From positions 58,898,089-58,962,088 of the forward strand of contig NC_057719.1 in assembly GCF_004010195.1 (NCBI RefSeq): a DNA stretch of 64,000 nt. The letters are read 5' to 3'. The position numbers and the translations under genes were made by a program. This document shows, one piece after another, positions 13,048 through 25,100 of this stretch. The stretch comes from Chiloscyllium plagiosum (Eukaryota). Under the pieces are notes generated by a model that saw only the letters and a program-made list of their open reading frames with translations, ran no database searches and was not told the DNA's origin. The stretch's first letter is position 1; every line of letters begins with the position of its first letter.

Positions 13048-16000
13048 GAGAGTAGAGATGTTCAACACGGAAGCAGACCTCTCGGTCCAACCCGTCCATG
13101 CTGACCAGATATCCCAACCCAATCTAGTCCCATCTGCCAGCATCCGGCCCATATACCTCCAAACCCTTCCTATTCATATACCCATCCAAATGCCTCTTAA
13201 ATGTTCCAATTGTACCAGCTTCCACCACTTCCTCTGGCAGCTCATTCCATACTCCTACCACCCTCTTTGTGAAGAAGTTGCCCCTTAGGTCTCTTTTATA
13301 TCTTTCCCCTCTCACCCTAGACTTATGCCCTCAGTTCTGGACTCCCCGACCCCATGGAAAAGACTTTGTCTATTTACCCTATCCATGCCCGGTCACCCCT
13401 CAGCCTCCGACCCTCCAGGGAAAACAGCCCCAGCCTGTTCAGCCTCTCCCTATATCTCGAATCCTCCAACCCAGGCAACATCCTTGTAAATCTTTTCTGA
13501 ACCTTTTCAAGTTTTGCAACATCTTTCCAATAGGAAGGAGACCAGAATTGCACGCAATATTCCAACAGTGGCCTAACCAATGTCCTGTACAGCTACAACA
13601 TGCCCTCCCAACTCCTGTACTCAATACTCTGACCAATAAAAGAAAGCATACCAAACACCTTCTTCGTTATCCTATCGACCTGCGACTCCACTTTCAAGGA
13701 GCTTTGAACTTGTACACCTCCAATTTTGGTGTCATCTGCAAACTTACTAACTGTACCTCTTATGCTCACATCCAAATCATTTATGTAAATGACAAAAAGT
13801 AGAGGACCCAGCACCAATCCTTGTGGCACTCCACTGGTCACAGGCCTCCAGTCTGAAAAACAACCCTCCACCACCAACCTCTGTCTTCTACCTTTGAGCC
13901 AGTTCTGTATATAAATGGCTAGTTCTCCCTGTATTCCGTGAGATCTCACCTTGCTAATCAGCCTCATGGGGAACCTTGTCGAACGCCTTACTGAAGTCCA
14001 TATAGATCACATCTACTGCTCTGCCCTCATCAAGCTTCTTTGTTACTTCTTCAAAAAACTCAATCAAATTTGTGAGACATGATTTCCCACGCACAACGTC
14101 ATGTTGACTATCCCTAATCAGTCCTTGCCTTTCCAAATACATGTCCCTCAGGATTGCCCCCAACAATGTGTCCACCACCGAGGCCAGGCTCACTGGTCTA
14201 TAGTTCCCTGGCTTGTCCTTACCACCAGCGGCACCACGTTAGCCAACCTCCAGTCTTCCGGCACCTCACCTGTGACTGTTGATGATACAAATATCTCAGC
14301 AAGAGGCCCAGCAATCACTTCTCTAGCTTCCCAAAGAGTTCTAGGGTACACCTGATCAGGTCCTGGGGATTTATCCACCTTTATGCGTTTCAAGACATCC
14401 AGCACATCCTCCTCTGTAATATGGGCATTTTGCAAAATGTCATCATCTATTTCCCTACAGTCTATATCTTCCATATCCTTTTCCATAGTAAATCCTGATG
14501 CAAAATATTCATTTAGTATCCCCCCCATTTTCTGCAGCTCCACACAAAGGCCGCCTTGCTGATCTTTGAGGGGCCCTCTTCTCTCCCTAGTTACCCTTTG
14601 GTCCTTAATGTATTGGTAAAAGCAGTTACACTTTTGTCCTTTATGTATTTGTAAAAACTCTTTGGATTCTTCTTAATTCTATTTGCCAAAGCTATTTCAT
14701 GCCCCTTTTTGCCCTCCTGATTTCCCTCTTAAGTATACTCCTACTTCCTTTATACTCTTCTAAGGATTCACTCGATCTATCTTGTTTGTACCTGACATAT
14801 GCTTCCTTCTTTTTCTTGACCAAACCCTCAATTCCTTCAGTCATCCAGCATTCCCTATAACTATCAGCCTCTCCTTTCACCTTGACAGGAATATACTTTC
14901 TCTGGATTCTCGTTATCTCATTTCTGAAGGCTTCCCATTTTCCAGCTGTCCCTTTACCTGCAAACATCTGCCTCTAATCAGCTTTTGTAGGTTCTTGCCT
15001 AATAGCATCAAAATTGGCCTTTCTCCAATTTAGAACTTCAACTTTTAGATCTGGTCTATCCTTTTCCATCACTATTTTATATCTAATAAAATTATGGTCG
15101 CTGGCCCCAAAGTGCTTCCCCACTGACACCTCAGTCACCTGCCCTGCCTTATTTCCCAAGAGTAGGTCTTGCACCTTCTCTAGTAGGTACATCCACATAC
15201 TAAATCAGAAAATTTTCTAGTATACACTTAACAAATTCCTCTCCCTCTAAACCCTTCTGGGTGGCATGGTGACACAATGGTTAGCACTGCTGCCTCTCAG
15301 CACCAGAGACCCAGGTTCAATTCCCATCTCAGGGAACTGCCTGTGTGGAGTTTGCACATTCTCCCCGTGTCTGCGTGGGTTTCCTCCGGGTGCTCCGGTT
15401 TCCTCCCTCAGTCCAAAAATGTGCAGATTAGGTGAATTGGCCATGCTAAATTGCCCGTAGTGTTAGGTGTAGGGGAATGGGTCTGGATGTGTTGCTCTTC
15501 GGAGGGTCGGTGTGGACTTGTTGGGCCGAAGGGCCTGTTTCCACACTGTAAGTAATCTAAGTAAAAAAAAATCTAATCTAAGTTAACACTATGGCAGTCC
15601 CAGTCTATGTTTGAAATGTTAAAATCCCCTACCATAACCACCCTTTTATTCTTACACATAGCTGAGATGTCCTTACAAGTTTGCTTCTCAATTTCCCTCT
15701 GACTATTAGGGGTCTATAATACAATCCCAATATGGTGATCATCCCTTTCTTATTTCTCAGTTCCACCCAAATAACTTCCCTGGATGTATTTCCAGGAATA
15801 TCCTCCCACAGTACAGCTGTGATACTATCCCTTATCAAAAATGCCACTCCCCCTCCTCTCTTGCCTCCTTTTCTATCCTTCCTGTAGCATTTGTAATCTG
15901 GAACATTAAGCTGCCAGTCCTGCCCATCCCTGAGTCACGTTTCTGTAATTACTATGATATCCCAGTCCCATGTTCCTAACCATGCCCTGAATTCATCTGC

Positions 16001-17813
16001 CTTCCCTGTCAGGCCTCTTGCATTGAAATAAATGTAGTTTTATTTATTAGTCCTACCTTGTCCCTGCCTGCCCTGACTGTTTGACTCACTTCTGTTCTCA
16101 ACTGTACCAGTTTCAGATTGATGTCTTTCCTCACTATCTCCCTGGGTCCCACTCCCCCACCTTACTAGTTTAAATCATCCTGAGCAGCTCTAGCAAGTTT
16201 CCCTGTCAGTATATTAGTCCCCTTCTACTTAGGTGCAATCTGTCCTTCTTGTACAGGTCACTTCTACCCCATAAGAGATTCCAATGATCCAAAAATGTGA
16301 ATCCTTCTCCCATATACCAGCTCCTCAGCCATGCATTCATCTGCTCTATCCTCTTATTCCTGCCCTCGCTAGCTCGTAGCACTGGGAGTAACCCAGATAT
16401 TACTACTCTCAAGGACCTCATTTTTAAATTCTTGCCTAACTCTCTGTAATCTTCCTTCAAAATCTCAAAAAATAATCAAAACAACAGCAGTTTTCAAAGA
16501 GAGAAGAACAGAATTTATTCATCCTACCTTGACCCTGCCTGACCTGACTGTTTGACTCACTTCTGTTCTCAACTGTACCAGTCTCAGATTGAGACTCTTC
16601 TCTTCCTATGTCGTTGGTTCCAAAGTGGACAATGACCTCTTGCTGGCCCCTGTCCTCTTTGAGTACATTCCGCACCCTCCCTGAGACATCCTTGATCTTG
16701 GCAGCAGGGAAGCAGCACACCATTCTGCTTTTTCGCTGCTGGCCACAGAAACGTCTGTCTGTACCTCAGACTGGAGAATACCCTAACACAATTGATCCCT
16801 TGGAACCCGACATATCCCTTGTTGCATTTGAGCCACTCTCAATACCAGAAACTTGGCTGTTTGTGCTACATTCCCCTGAGAATACATCATCCCCTACCTT
16901 TTCCAAAACAGTACACCTATTTGAAATGGGTATATCCACAAAAGACTCCTGCACTAGCTGCCGATCTCTCTTACCTTTCCTGGTGTTACCCCATCTATGT
17001 TACTATATCTGAGACTTTCCCCCTTCCTATAACTGCCATCCATCACATACTGTTGTTGTTGCAATTTCTTCATCGTTTCTAACTGTCTCTCCAACCGATC
17101 CATTCGATCTGATAAGATTTGCAACCAACAACATTTATGGCAGATATAATCTGCAGTAACCCTTAAACTCTCTTTGAACTCCCACATCTGACAAGAAGCA
17201 CATATCACTCTACTAAAGGCTATTTTTGCTCCTTCACAATCTACAGACCCAGAAAGTAACACCGTCTTATTTCTCTACCATCACTGCCCCAGATTAAATT
17301 AATAGTTATGGCTTATATTTTAAGTTTAATCAAGAGACATATCTCCAAAAACATATAATCAAGAAAGAACCCACTGTACTCACTACTGCAGAATTTCTGT
17401 AGGCCACACTTAAAACAACAATTAACTTAACTGATTCTGTGCTACGAACTTCACCCAACAGTTCTTCCAATATCAGTTGTGAATTTCACTGTTTGTTAAT
17501 TTTCCCAGCTGCACTCCGATGTCCAGCGATACATGAATTCAACCAGCAAAGGCAGTGTCAGTTTCTTTTCTCTCTTTCTCTCTCCTGCACTGACCTCACT
17601 ATGTGCTTCCTTTGTCTGTTCTTCTCCCTTTTAAAACTGCTTTTCTTTTGACTTTTTTTCCCCAAAATTCCAAAACAAATTAACAGCATATAAAACAGTA
17701 ATTGCTGCTCCTGGAATTTGAGGAAATCACCTCCAGCACCTAAAATACCTCAAAAAAGGAGCAGCTGTTACCTCCAGAAATTTTTCTCATCCTCCATCTT
17801 GGATTACCCAGAA
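13048..17813 (-). mobile_element. Near full-length CR1 LINE nested in the outer CR1; ORF1 (Zn finger plus SGNH esterase) and ORF2 (APE plus RT), disrupted
   Basis: ORF1: CASC...CHKC, VCCFPAAKIKDV, HFGTNDIG, VVISGLLP, DRLHL. ORF2: [32 protein letters not shown]. 5' UTR about 17270-17813; ACC duplicated at 13045-47 and 17814-16. Confidence 0.9.
15259..15581 (+). mobile_element. HE1-like SINE inserted in the inner CR1
   Basis: Same sequence as 3117-3430; splits the CR1 sequence tctaaaccctt/aacactatggcag. Confidence 0.85.
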
Positions 17814-19470
17814 ACCTTCCTTACCTTATTTCCCAAGAGTATATCAAGTTTTGCTTCTCTAGTAGGTACATCCACATACTGAATCAGAAAATTTTCCTGG
17901 ACATACTTAACAAATTCCTCTCCAATTAAACCATCTAAACTGCTCTGGCAGTCCCAGTCTATGTTTGGAAAGTTATAATCCCCTACCATAACCACCCTAT
18001 TATTCTTATAGATAACTGAGATCTCCTTACAAATTTCTTTTTCAATTTTCACTGAGTATTGCGGGGGTCTATAGTACAATCCCAATAAGGTGATCATCCC
18101 TTCCTTATTTCTCAGTTTCACCCACATAACTTCCCTCAACATATTCCCAAGAATATCCTCCCTAAGTACAGCTGTAATGTTATCCCTGATCAAAAATGCC
18201 ACTCCCCCTCCTCTCTTGCCCCCATTTCTATCCTTCCTATAGCATTTGTAACCTGGAACATTTAAGCTGCTAGTCTTGTCCATCGCTGAGTCATATCTCT
18301 GTAATTGCTATGATATCCCAGTCCCATCTTCCTAATCATGCCCTGAGTTCATCTGCCTTCCCTGTTAGGCCTCTTGCATTGAAATAAATGCAGTTTGATC
18401 TGCCCCGTTCTCTGCTTTGTTCCTGCCTGCCCTGACTATTTGACTTGCACCTTTTTCCAACTGTACCAGTCTCAGACTGATCCCTTTCCTCACTATCTCC
18501 TTGAGTCTCACTGAAGATCTCAGACCCCTCAAGAGGGACCTCTTGGTTCGAGATCGGTCAGAAGAATCGACAAATGCGGTCTGTTCAAAAAGCAAGGGTC
18601 ATTAGTTAATTGAATTAAGGTATCTTAATTCTATCCAGCAACACAGAGGTTAAAGCTTCTGTGTTCCGTGGTGAAGTTGCGCAATTACATTTGAAAATTA
18701 CACATTATTTATATGTTTTTTTAAGAGATAATACAATCTTAATTACAAGAAAGATCAATCACATACAATAAGGTGACATGATTTAAAGCAAGTTAATCCA
18801 ATGATATTTTTTGGGAAAGAGTTCTTAATTACAAGAAAAATTCAATCAACTGTAACATGGTGACATGATTGACAACAGGCTAATCCAATGGTATTCTTGG
18901 AAAAGAAATCTTATTTACGTAAATTGTCATGCCATGTATCAGTTCAAGGTTAGTTTGAATGGTCAATTAATGTGTCAGTATTCATTTATTGAAAACTCTA
19001 TTGATCTCTTATCTTTGAATTTCAGCTTAATTCTGCAAATCAGCAGTACAGGTTCATAGGGTTCAATCAGTATTCTCAGCCATTTTATAGTATTCTTTTA
19101 AATTGAAAAACTACTTTGTGGTTAATAAAAATCTACATGTACTTGTTGCCTAAATTCAAATTTTAGATCCTTGGGTCCCACCACCACCTCCCCGCGCCCC
19201 CACCCCCCTTACTAGTTTAAATTCTCCCAAGCAACCCGAGCAAATCTCCCTGCCAGTATATTAATCCCCTTCCATGTGCAATCTGTCTTTGTTATACAGG
19301 TCTTTCCTATTCCAGAAGAATTTCCAATGTTCCAAAAATATTAACTCTTCTCGTCTTCACCAGCTCCTCTGCTCCATTCATTCATTCATCTGCTCCATCC
19401 TCCTATTCCTACTCTCACTCGCTTATAGCACCTGGAATAATCCAGATATTACTACCCTCTTGCATAGCCT
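17814..19470 (-). mobile_element. Outer CR1 continued (endonuclease and ORF1 end), itself interrupted at 18512-19167
   Basis: ORF 17804..18283 has APE motifs (GGGVAFLI, GLYYRPP, MVGDYNFPNIDW); 19168-19460 matches the ORF1 3' end at 16140-16410. Confidence 0.85.
18737..18918. repeat. About 85-bp tandem repeat (2 copies plus partial) inside an unclassified insertion
   Basis: tcttaattacaagaaa...ggtgacatgatt...taatccaatg at 18737 and 18822; partial tcttatttac at 18909. Confidence 0.75.
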
Positions 19471-19475
19471 GCTCT

Positions 19476-19805
19476 TAGAATCATAGCATCATATAATTGT
19501 ACATCATGGAAACAATCGCTTTAGTCCAACTAGCCCACGCCAACCATGTTCCCAAACTAACTAATCTAACCTGCCTGTGCTTAGACTTTCTCCCTTCAAA
19601 GCTTTCCTATTCACGAACTTATCAAAATGTCTTTTAAATGTTGTAACTGTATCTGCATCCACTACTTTCTCTGGAAGCTGATTCCATATACAAACCACTC
19701 TGTGTGAAAAAGTTGCCCCTCATTTCCTTTTCAAATCTTTCTCCTCTCACCTTAAAATATGCCCCCCAGTTTTGAACTCATCCACCCTAGGGGAAAAGGC
19801 CCTTG
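19476..19805 (-). mobile_element. CR1 3'-end fragment
   Basis: tagaatcatag tail and a body homologous to 13050-13360. Confidence 0.7.
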
Positions 19806-22112
19806 TCACTTTTCACTGCCATTTTCAATGGACAAGCTGAGTGTATGATCCAGTTCTTGTGAAAACATGAGAGCATTGCAAACAATCACTTTTCAAAAAA
19901 ACACCCATAAACTAGGAAAGTTAATTACACCATTGCAGAGAATGAACAAGAACAATTTAATTCTTTGGGAATAGCTAACTGTAGATTAACAATTTTTGAC
20001 CTTCAATTTGTGATAGTGGATGCCAATAAAAGAACTATACACCTCATAATTTTGCTTCCATCTAAATGAAAATATTTTCTGACTCAGTTCTGGTTGTCAT
20101 TCTGAAGGTATAGATGGCTGCTATTTGCCATATGTACTGCTCTGAAAAAGTAGCAATGCATACAGCAGCTGAGGCAGATTTGATTTTGATAACTGAACTG
20201 AGGACTGACTGACCATCAGTCTAGATGTGAACTATTTCCTAACAAATCCAATGGATTCATGGTAACAATTAGCACAGCAGCAACACTCACTGCAGCAAAG
20301 TTAAATGGAGTATGTCCTCAAGCAATCACCCTTGTTTAGGCTTGGTAGCTCAAGTACCAACACAACAGCAGACTGGTGCAGAGTAAAAACATCCTGCCCA
20401 GAGCGATATCGTCCCAGGAACCACCAGACATAAAAACCAGGAAAACAACAACTCACATGTACAACCACTAGAAAACATGAAACGATGGATGGTTGCGCAG
20501 GGACAGAAGATGTTGAAATGGACTGAAAAGAATAAACAGTATTCTATTAATGCGTGGCTGTTTTCATATGGTCTATTGTCTTCCAAATTTTAGGGCAAGC
20601 AACTTCTTTTCCTTTTATAAAAAGAGTTACGTTTGTTATATGGTACATTGTGGCTTGTTGTACTCATGACTTCCAAAGTCACTTTATATATAAAATTTAA
20701 AGAATTTGAGCAGTAACTATTTTATCCACAATTTGAACAGTACATAGTTCCTTATATTTCCTTCTTTCCTTATATTTGGAACTCTAAAAATCCAAGATTT
20801 CTTCCTGCCTACATATAAAATGCATATTCTCCCATCTCATCTAATGTGTTGTCTCCTTTCTGCCTGCCTTCCAGTCTTCTAGAGACTGGTTGCTACCTCA
20901 GTTTATGTATCACAACATTGTTGTTGAGTCATATTTGTCACAATTTAACCTCCTTCAGATCCTTTCTCCCATCTGCAAGCTTCTGAAGACTTGAAATGCA
21001 AAATAATGTGCAAACTTGCCTGTGTTGGTTCAGGATACCTTATGCCAAGCACTTTTACACTTGACTAAACTACAACACAAATTTATCTGTTGATAATAAT
21101 TTTTAGCAGTAAGTAATAAGCTGAAATTATCGAATTTGATACAGTTTGGGTAAGAAATGAACAAACGAACAAGTTAATAGAGTTTGGTTTTAAGTGACAG
21201 ATAATTGCTTTTCCGAAGTAAGATAACTCCCTCTTCCTTAGCAGTTAGATTACACATGCGTACCTATAGTTTTGTATGCTCTACATGCTATTGCAACAAT
21301 ACTAAACTGCTGACTGTCCCATAAGCAAAATAAATAACTACATAAACAGAAAACTCTTGGAAATACAATTTTGTCTCTGTGAAGTCAATTTAAAAGACAG
21401 AGACAAATTAATTGAATAAGACATAAAAAGTGTGCTCATGGCCAGTTTTGTGGTGCAGTGTCTGATAGGATGTGTAAAGATGCTGACAGTAAAATTAAAC
21501 TGTGACAGTTTACACAATGTAGTCTTGATTTGCTTTTAAGCATAGAACATCACACTCAAAAGTACTTTTAAAACAGATTGCATCTACTATTACATTAAAC
21601 ATTTCTTGATGCAGACAGCCTCAGTTTTTACAATCCAGCAGGATGGTATTGATAGGAGGGTCCAAAACTATGCAATTCCTGCATTGAGCATTTGTGTTTA
21701 ACCATCCTGTGCCTTAGCACATCAGCTGAGGGCTTAGATTTCACCACTCCACAACATTTGGCTGTGGACAGCTCTTTGCATTGGGATATCTGCAAGCTTT
21801 AAGCAGACCAAAGTGTATCTTCACAAGTTGATGGCATTTCAGTAGATGTCATAATGTGTGACCTTGCAAACTGTCTGCAGACCATCACATCCTATAACAC
21901 AGCTCAGCTCAGGATTAATCTGAACAAAAACCACAGTGTCTTTCTGCAAAGATTATTTTCAAATGCACTTTCCAATGGAGTGAAACCACTGATAGTCTCA
22001 TGCTCCCTGCAATCTCTTTGTGAACAGCAGTGCTCAGGTGCTAAGTGTGTATGTTGGATCTGATGGGGAATGTGGTTACATCCTGCTCATTTGAAAGCTG
22101 TAGCAACAATGC

Positions 22113-25100
22113 TGAAGTAACTGCACAGATGCCAATGTCAAGTCACATATATTACCGCACAGTACACTGGCTGTAGCCAGCCAGCTCGGAGTCTGTCCTC
22201 AACTGAGGAGATACTAACCTCCAGGTTATATTAGTTAGCCAGGGCTTTCCTGATTAGGGTTGTTAACCTGGGACAATCACGACATAACTCCCCCCCCAAC
22301 TCCATCCCAGGTCCAGGGATGTAGGTGTGGGGCTTTCACTTGTAACTTCTCTTGTGATGCTTTCACCCTAGTTCTGGTTCCTCTGACTCAGACTCAGACA
22401 TTGGCAGTGAGTGTCAAACTGTGGCATGCCTCTTCCATCTGGAATGTCTCAGAAGGGTCTCCTCCCCTTCTTCCGGCGGTAATGGTACTGAGGCTGCATC
22501 CATTTCAGACTCTGAAATGTCCTCGACACTAGATGGAGGGGGAGTACCTGCGGTTTCTGACAGGCCTTCAGGCTGTTCTGAGGGGCTAGGTATGTTTTGC
22601 GCCTGCCCCATATGTGAGGTAGCAGCTTTCAGGTGATCCATGTGTTTGTTCAGGACTGTATCACCTACCTGAAGTTTGTAAGTCACGGGACCTGACCTTG
22701 CATCAACCTTGCCTTGTACATATTAAGGGCCATTCCCATGATTCTGGCAACAAAGTTCATCCCGTGAATTAAATTGTCTCTCTCAGTTAGAGGATGCATT
22801 TGGTTCCTGCTTCCATTTCACTCTTCCACCTCAGGTCTGGGAATATCAGGTTTAACCTGGTGTGGAGTCTTTTCCCATTGGCAACTCTGCTGGAGCTATC
22901 CCTGTAGTCCTATAATCCAACAGGAACAGAGACAGTTTGAATGCCATCTGACTGTAGGAAATCTGTACCAGATTCCATGCTGGTAAATATCCCATTGTCT
23001 TTGATCAAAACTTCCAGGAGTCTGTATCGCAAACAATGCTCGCAGTTTCTCAATTATCACCCCTGAGTTTGTTGAATGACCTTTAAGCACATCCAACCAT
23101 TTTGAATGGGTATCCATAATGACCAGCAACATTGAGCCCATGAAAGCACCGGCATAGTCACAGACATGTAACCGAGTCCAGGGTTTACTCAACCACTCCT
23201 ACGAATGTGGGGGTACTGCTGGTGGCAACTTTTGCCCTTGTTGGCACTCTGGGCATTGCCCTACCAAAGTAGCTATGTCAGCATTCAACCCTGGCCAGCA
23301 GACATAGCTCTTGCCAGCATCTTCATCTTGGAAACACCTAGATGCCCCGATGGAATTTGGTCAGTAGCTGGTGGCGATCTTTACTCTGGACAATCACTCT
23401 CGCTCCCTATAGCAATATGTCATCCTCTACGGTAATCTGGTCTTGCTGGGTCCAAAAAGGTTTCAGTCCTGTTTGTGATGGCCCTTCTGTTTCCCCCATT
23501 ACCACCAGCTGTTTCAGTTTCGCTAGAACAGGATTTTTCTGTTCACTGTGTAATATTATCGGCAGTGACCAGAAGGGTGTCCAGAAAGTTTAAAACCAAA
23601 ACGGACTCTTCCATGGGAGGCACCGCCAGTGGAATGTCTGCCAGTGGGAGGTGGCTCAAGGCATTGGCATTAGCCACTTGGCTTCCTGGATGGTGTTCTG
23701 ATTTGGACTTGCACACTATGAGAGTATAGGCCTGCTGCAATATGATACCACACACTATGTGCAGCATTGACTTGTCTTCCTTCAGTAACCCTAGCAGGGA
23801 TTTGTGATCTGTAACTGTGACAAATTCTTGTCTGTAAAGGTACTGGTGGAACTTCCTCACGCCAAAGACAACTGCTAAACCTTCCTACTCTACCTGTGTA
23901 TACTTGCGTTCACTGCCAGCCAGAGTCCAGGAAGCATATGGTATTGGGTGTTCCCCCACATTGCGTCACCCATGAGCCAACACTACCCCAATATCATATG
24001 GGGAGGCTTCACATGTCAGCTTTGGATTGTAGTGGACCAACATCTTAGATGACGACAGCTGCTTTTTCACTTCCCTGAAGGCTGCTTCTTGGCTATGAGG
24101 ACATATCCAAGGCTGACCCTTTTTCAATAGCAGGTGTAAAGGTGCCAAGATGGAGGCCGGGTTACATATGAATTTTCTGCAATAATTTACTAACCCAATG
24201 AAAGACCTAAGCTCTGGTACAGACGTGGGAGCTGGGGCTCCTTTGATCATCCTCACTTTCTCTTCCAATGGGTATAACCTGGTTTTATCAACTCTGTAAC
24301 CCGAGTAGGCCACTTGGGGCACCGTGAACACATATTTTTTCTCATCTAAGGCATACACCCACCTGAGAGAAATATTTCAGCACTATGTGCAAGTTCTTCA
24401 AGTGCTCTTTCTTGGTCTTCCCTGTTATTAGTGCATCATCCAGGTAAATGGCAACCTGGGTAGCCCTTGTAAGATGTTTTCCATGATCTGCTGGAAAGGG
24501 TGCAGGCCGCTGATACCCCAAATGGCAACCTTTTATATTGGTATGAACCTTTATAGATGTTAATTGTGACATAACTCTGGGACTCCTCATCCAGATACAA
24601 TCACAGGTAGGCGTGGCTCATGTCCTGCTTCATAAAGGATAGCCCCCGTGCCAACTTTGCGTACAAGTCCATAATGCGAGTGATTGGGTACTTATCCAGC
24701 AGTGAGAAGCAGTTAACTGTTTGATTACAATCCCCACAGGCTTCACAATCGGTATGACCAGTTCTGCCCATTCTGCTAACTGTACTGGTTTCATGATTCG
24801 TTTACTCTCCAAGCTCCTGATTTCTTACTCTACTAATGGCACTGGGTGGGCCTTGCAAGATCACAGAGCTGCTTCCTGGTCAATATGTAAAGTAGCTTTT
24901 CCCCTTTGATAGTCCCAAGCCCTTCCAGAAAATCTCCTGGGTATTTCACTAGGACTTCATCAAGGCAACCATTTTCTCATCAAAAAATGTTGAGCCAAAC
25001 TAGGTGAATCTTTCTCAACCAATTTACTCCCAATGGGCTTGGGCCTGAGCCTTTTACTTTCAGCAGTGGTGACTGCACCAACTGCTTCTCATAGAAGACT

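Noticed and set aside
20000..20600. Possible nested antisense exon or ORF (20350..20586)
   Set aside because: An acceptor-like site exists, but no frame gives a recognisable protein. It could be conserved non-coding DNA, which I cannot test.
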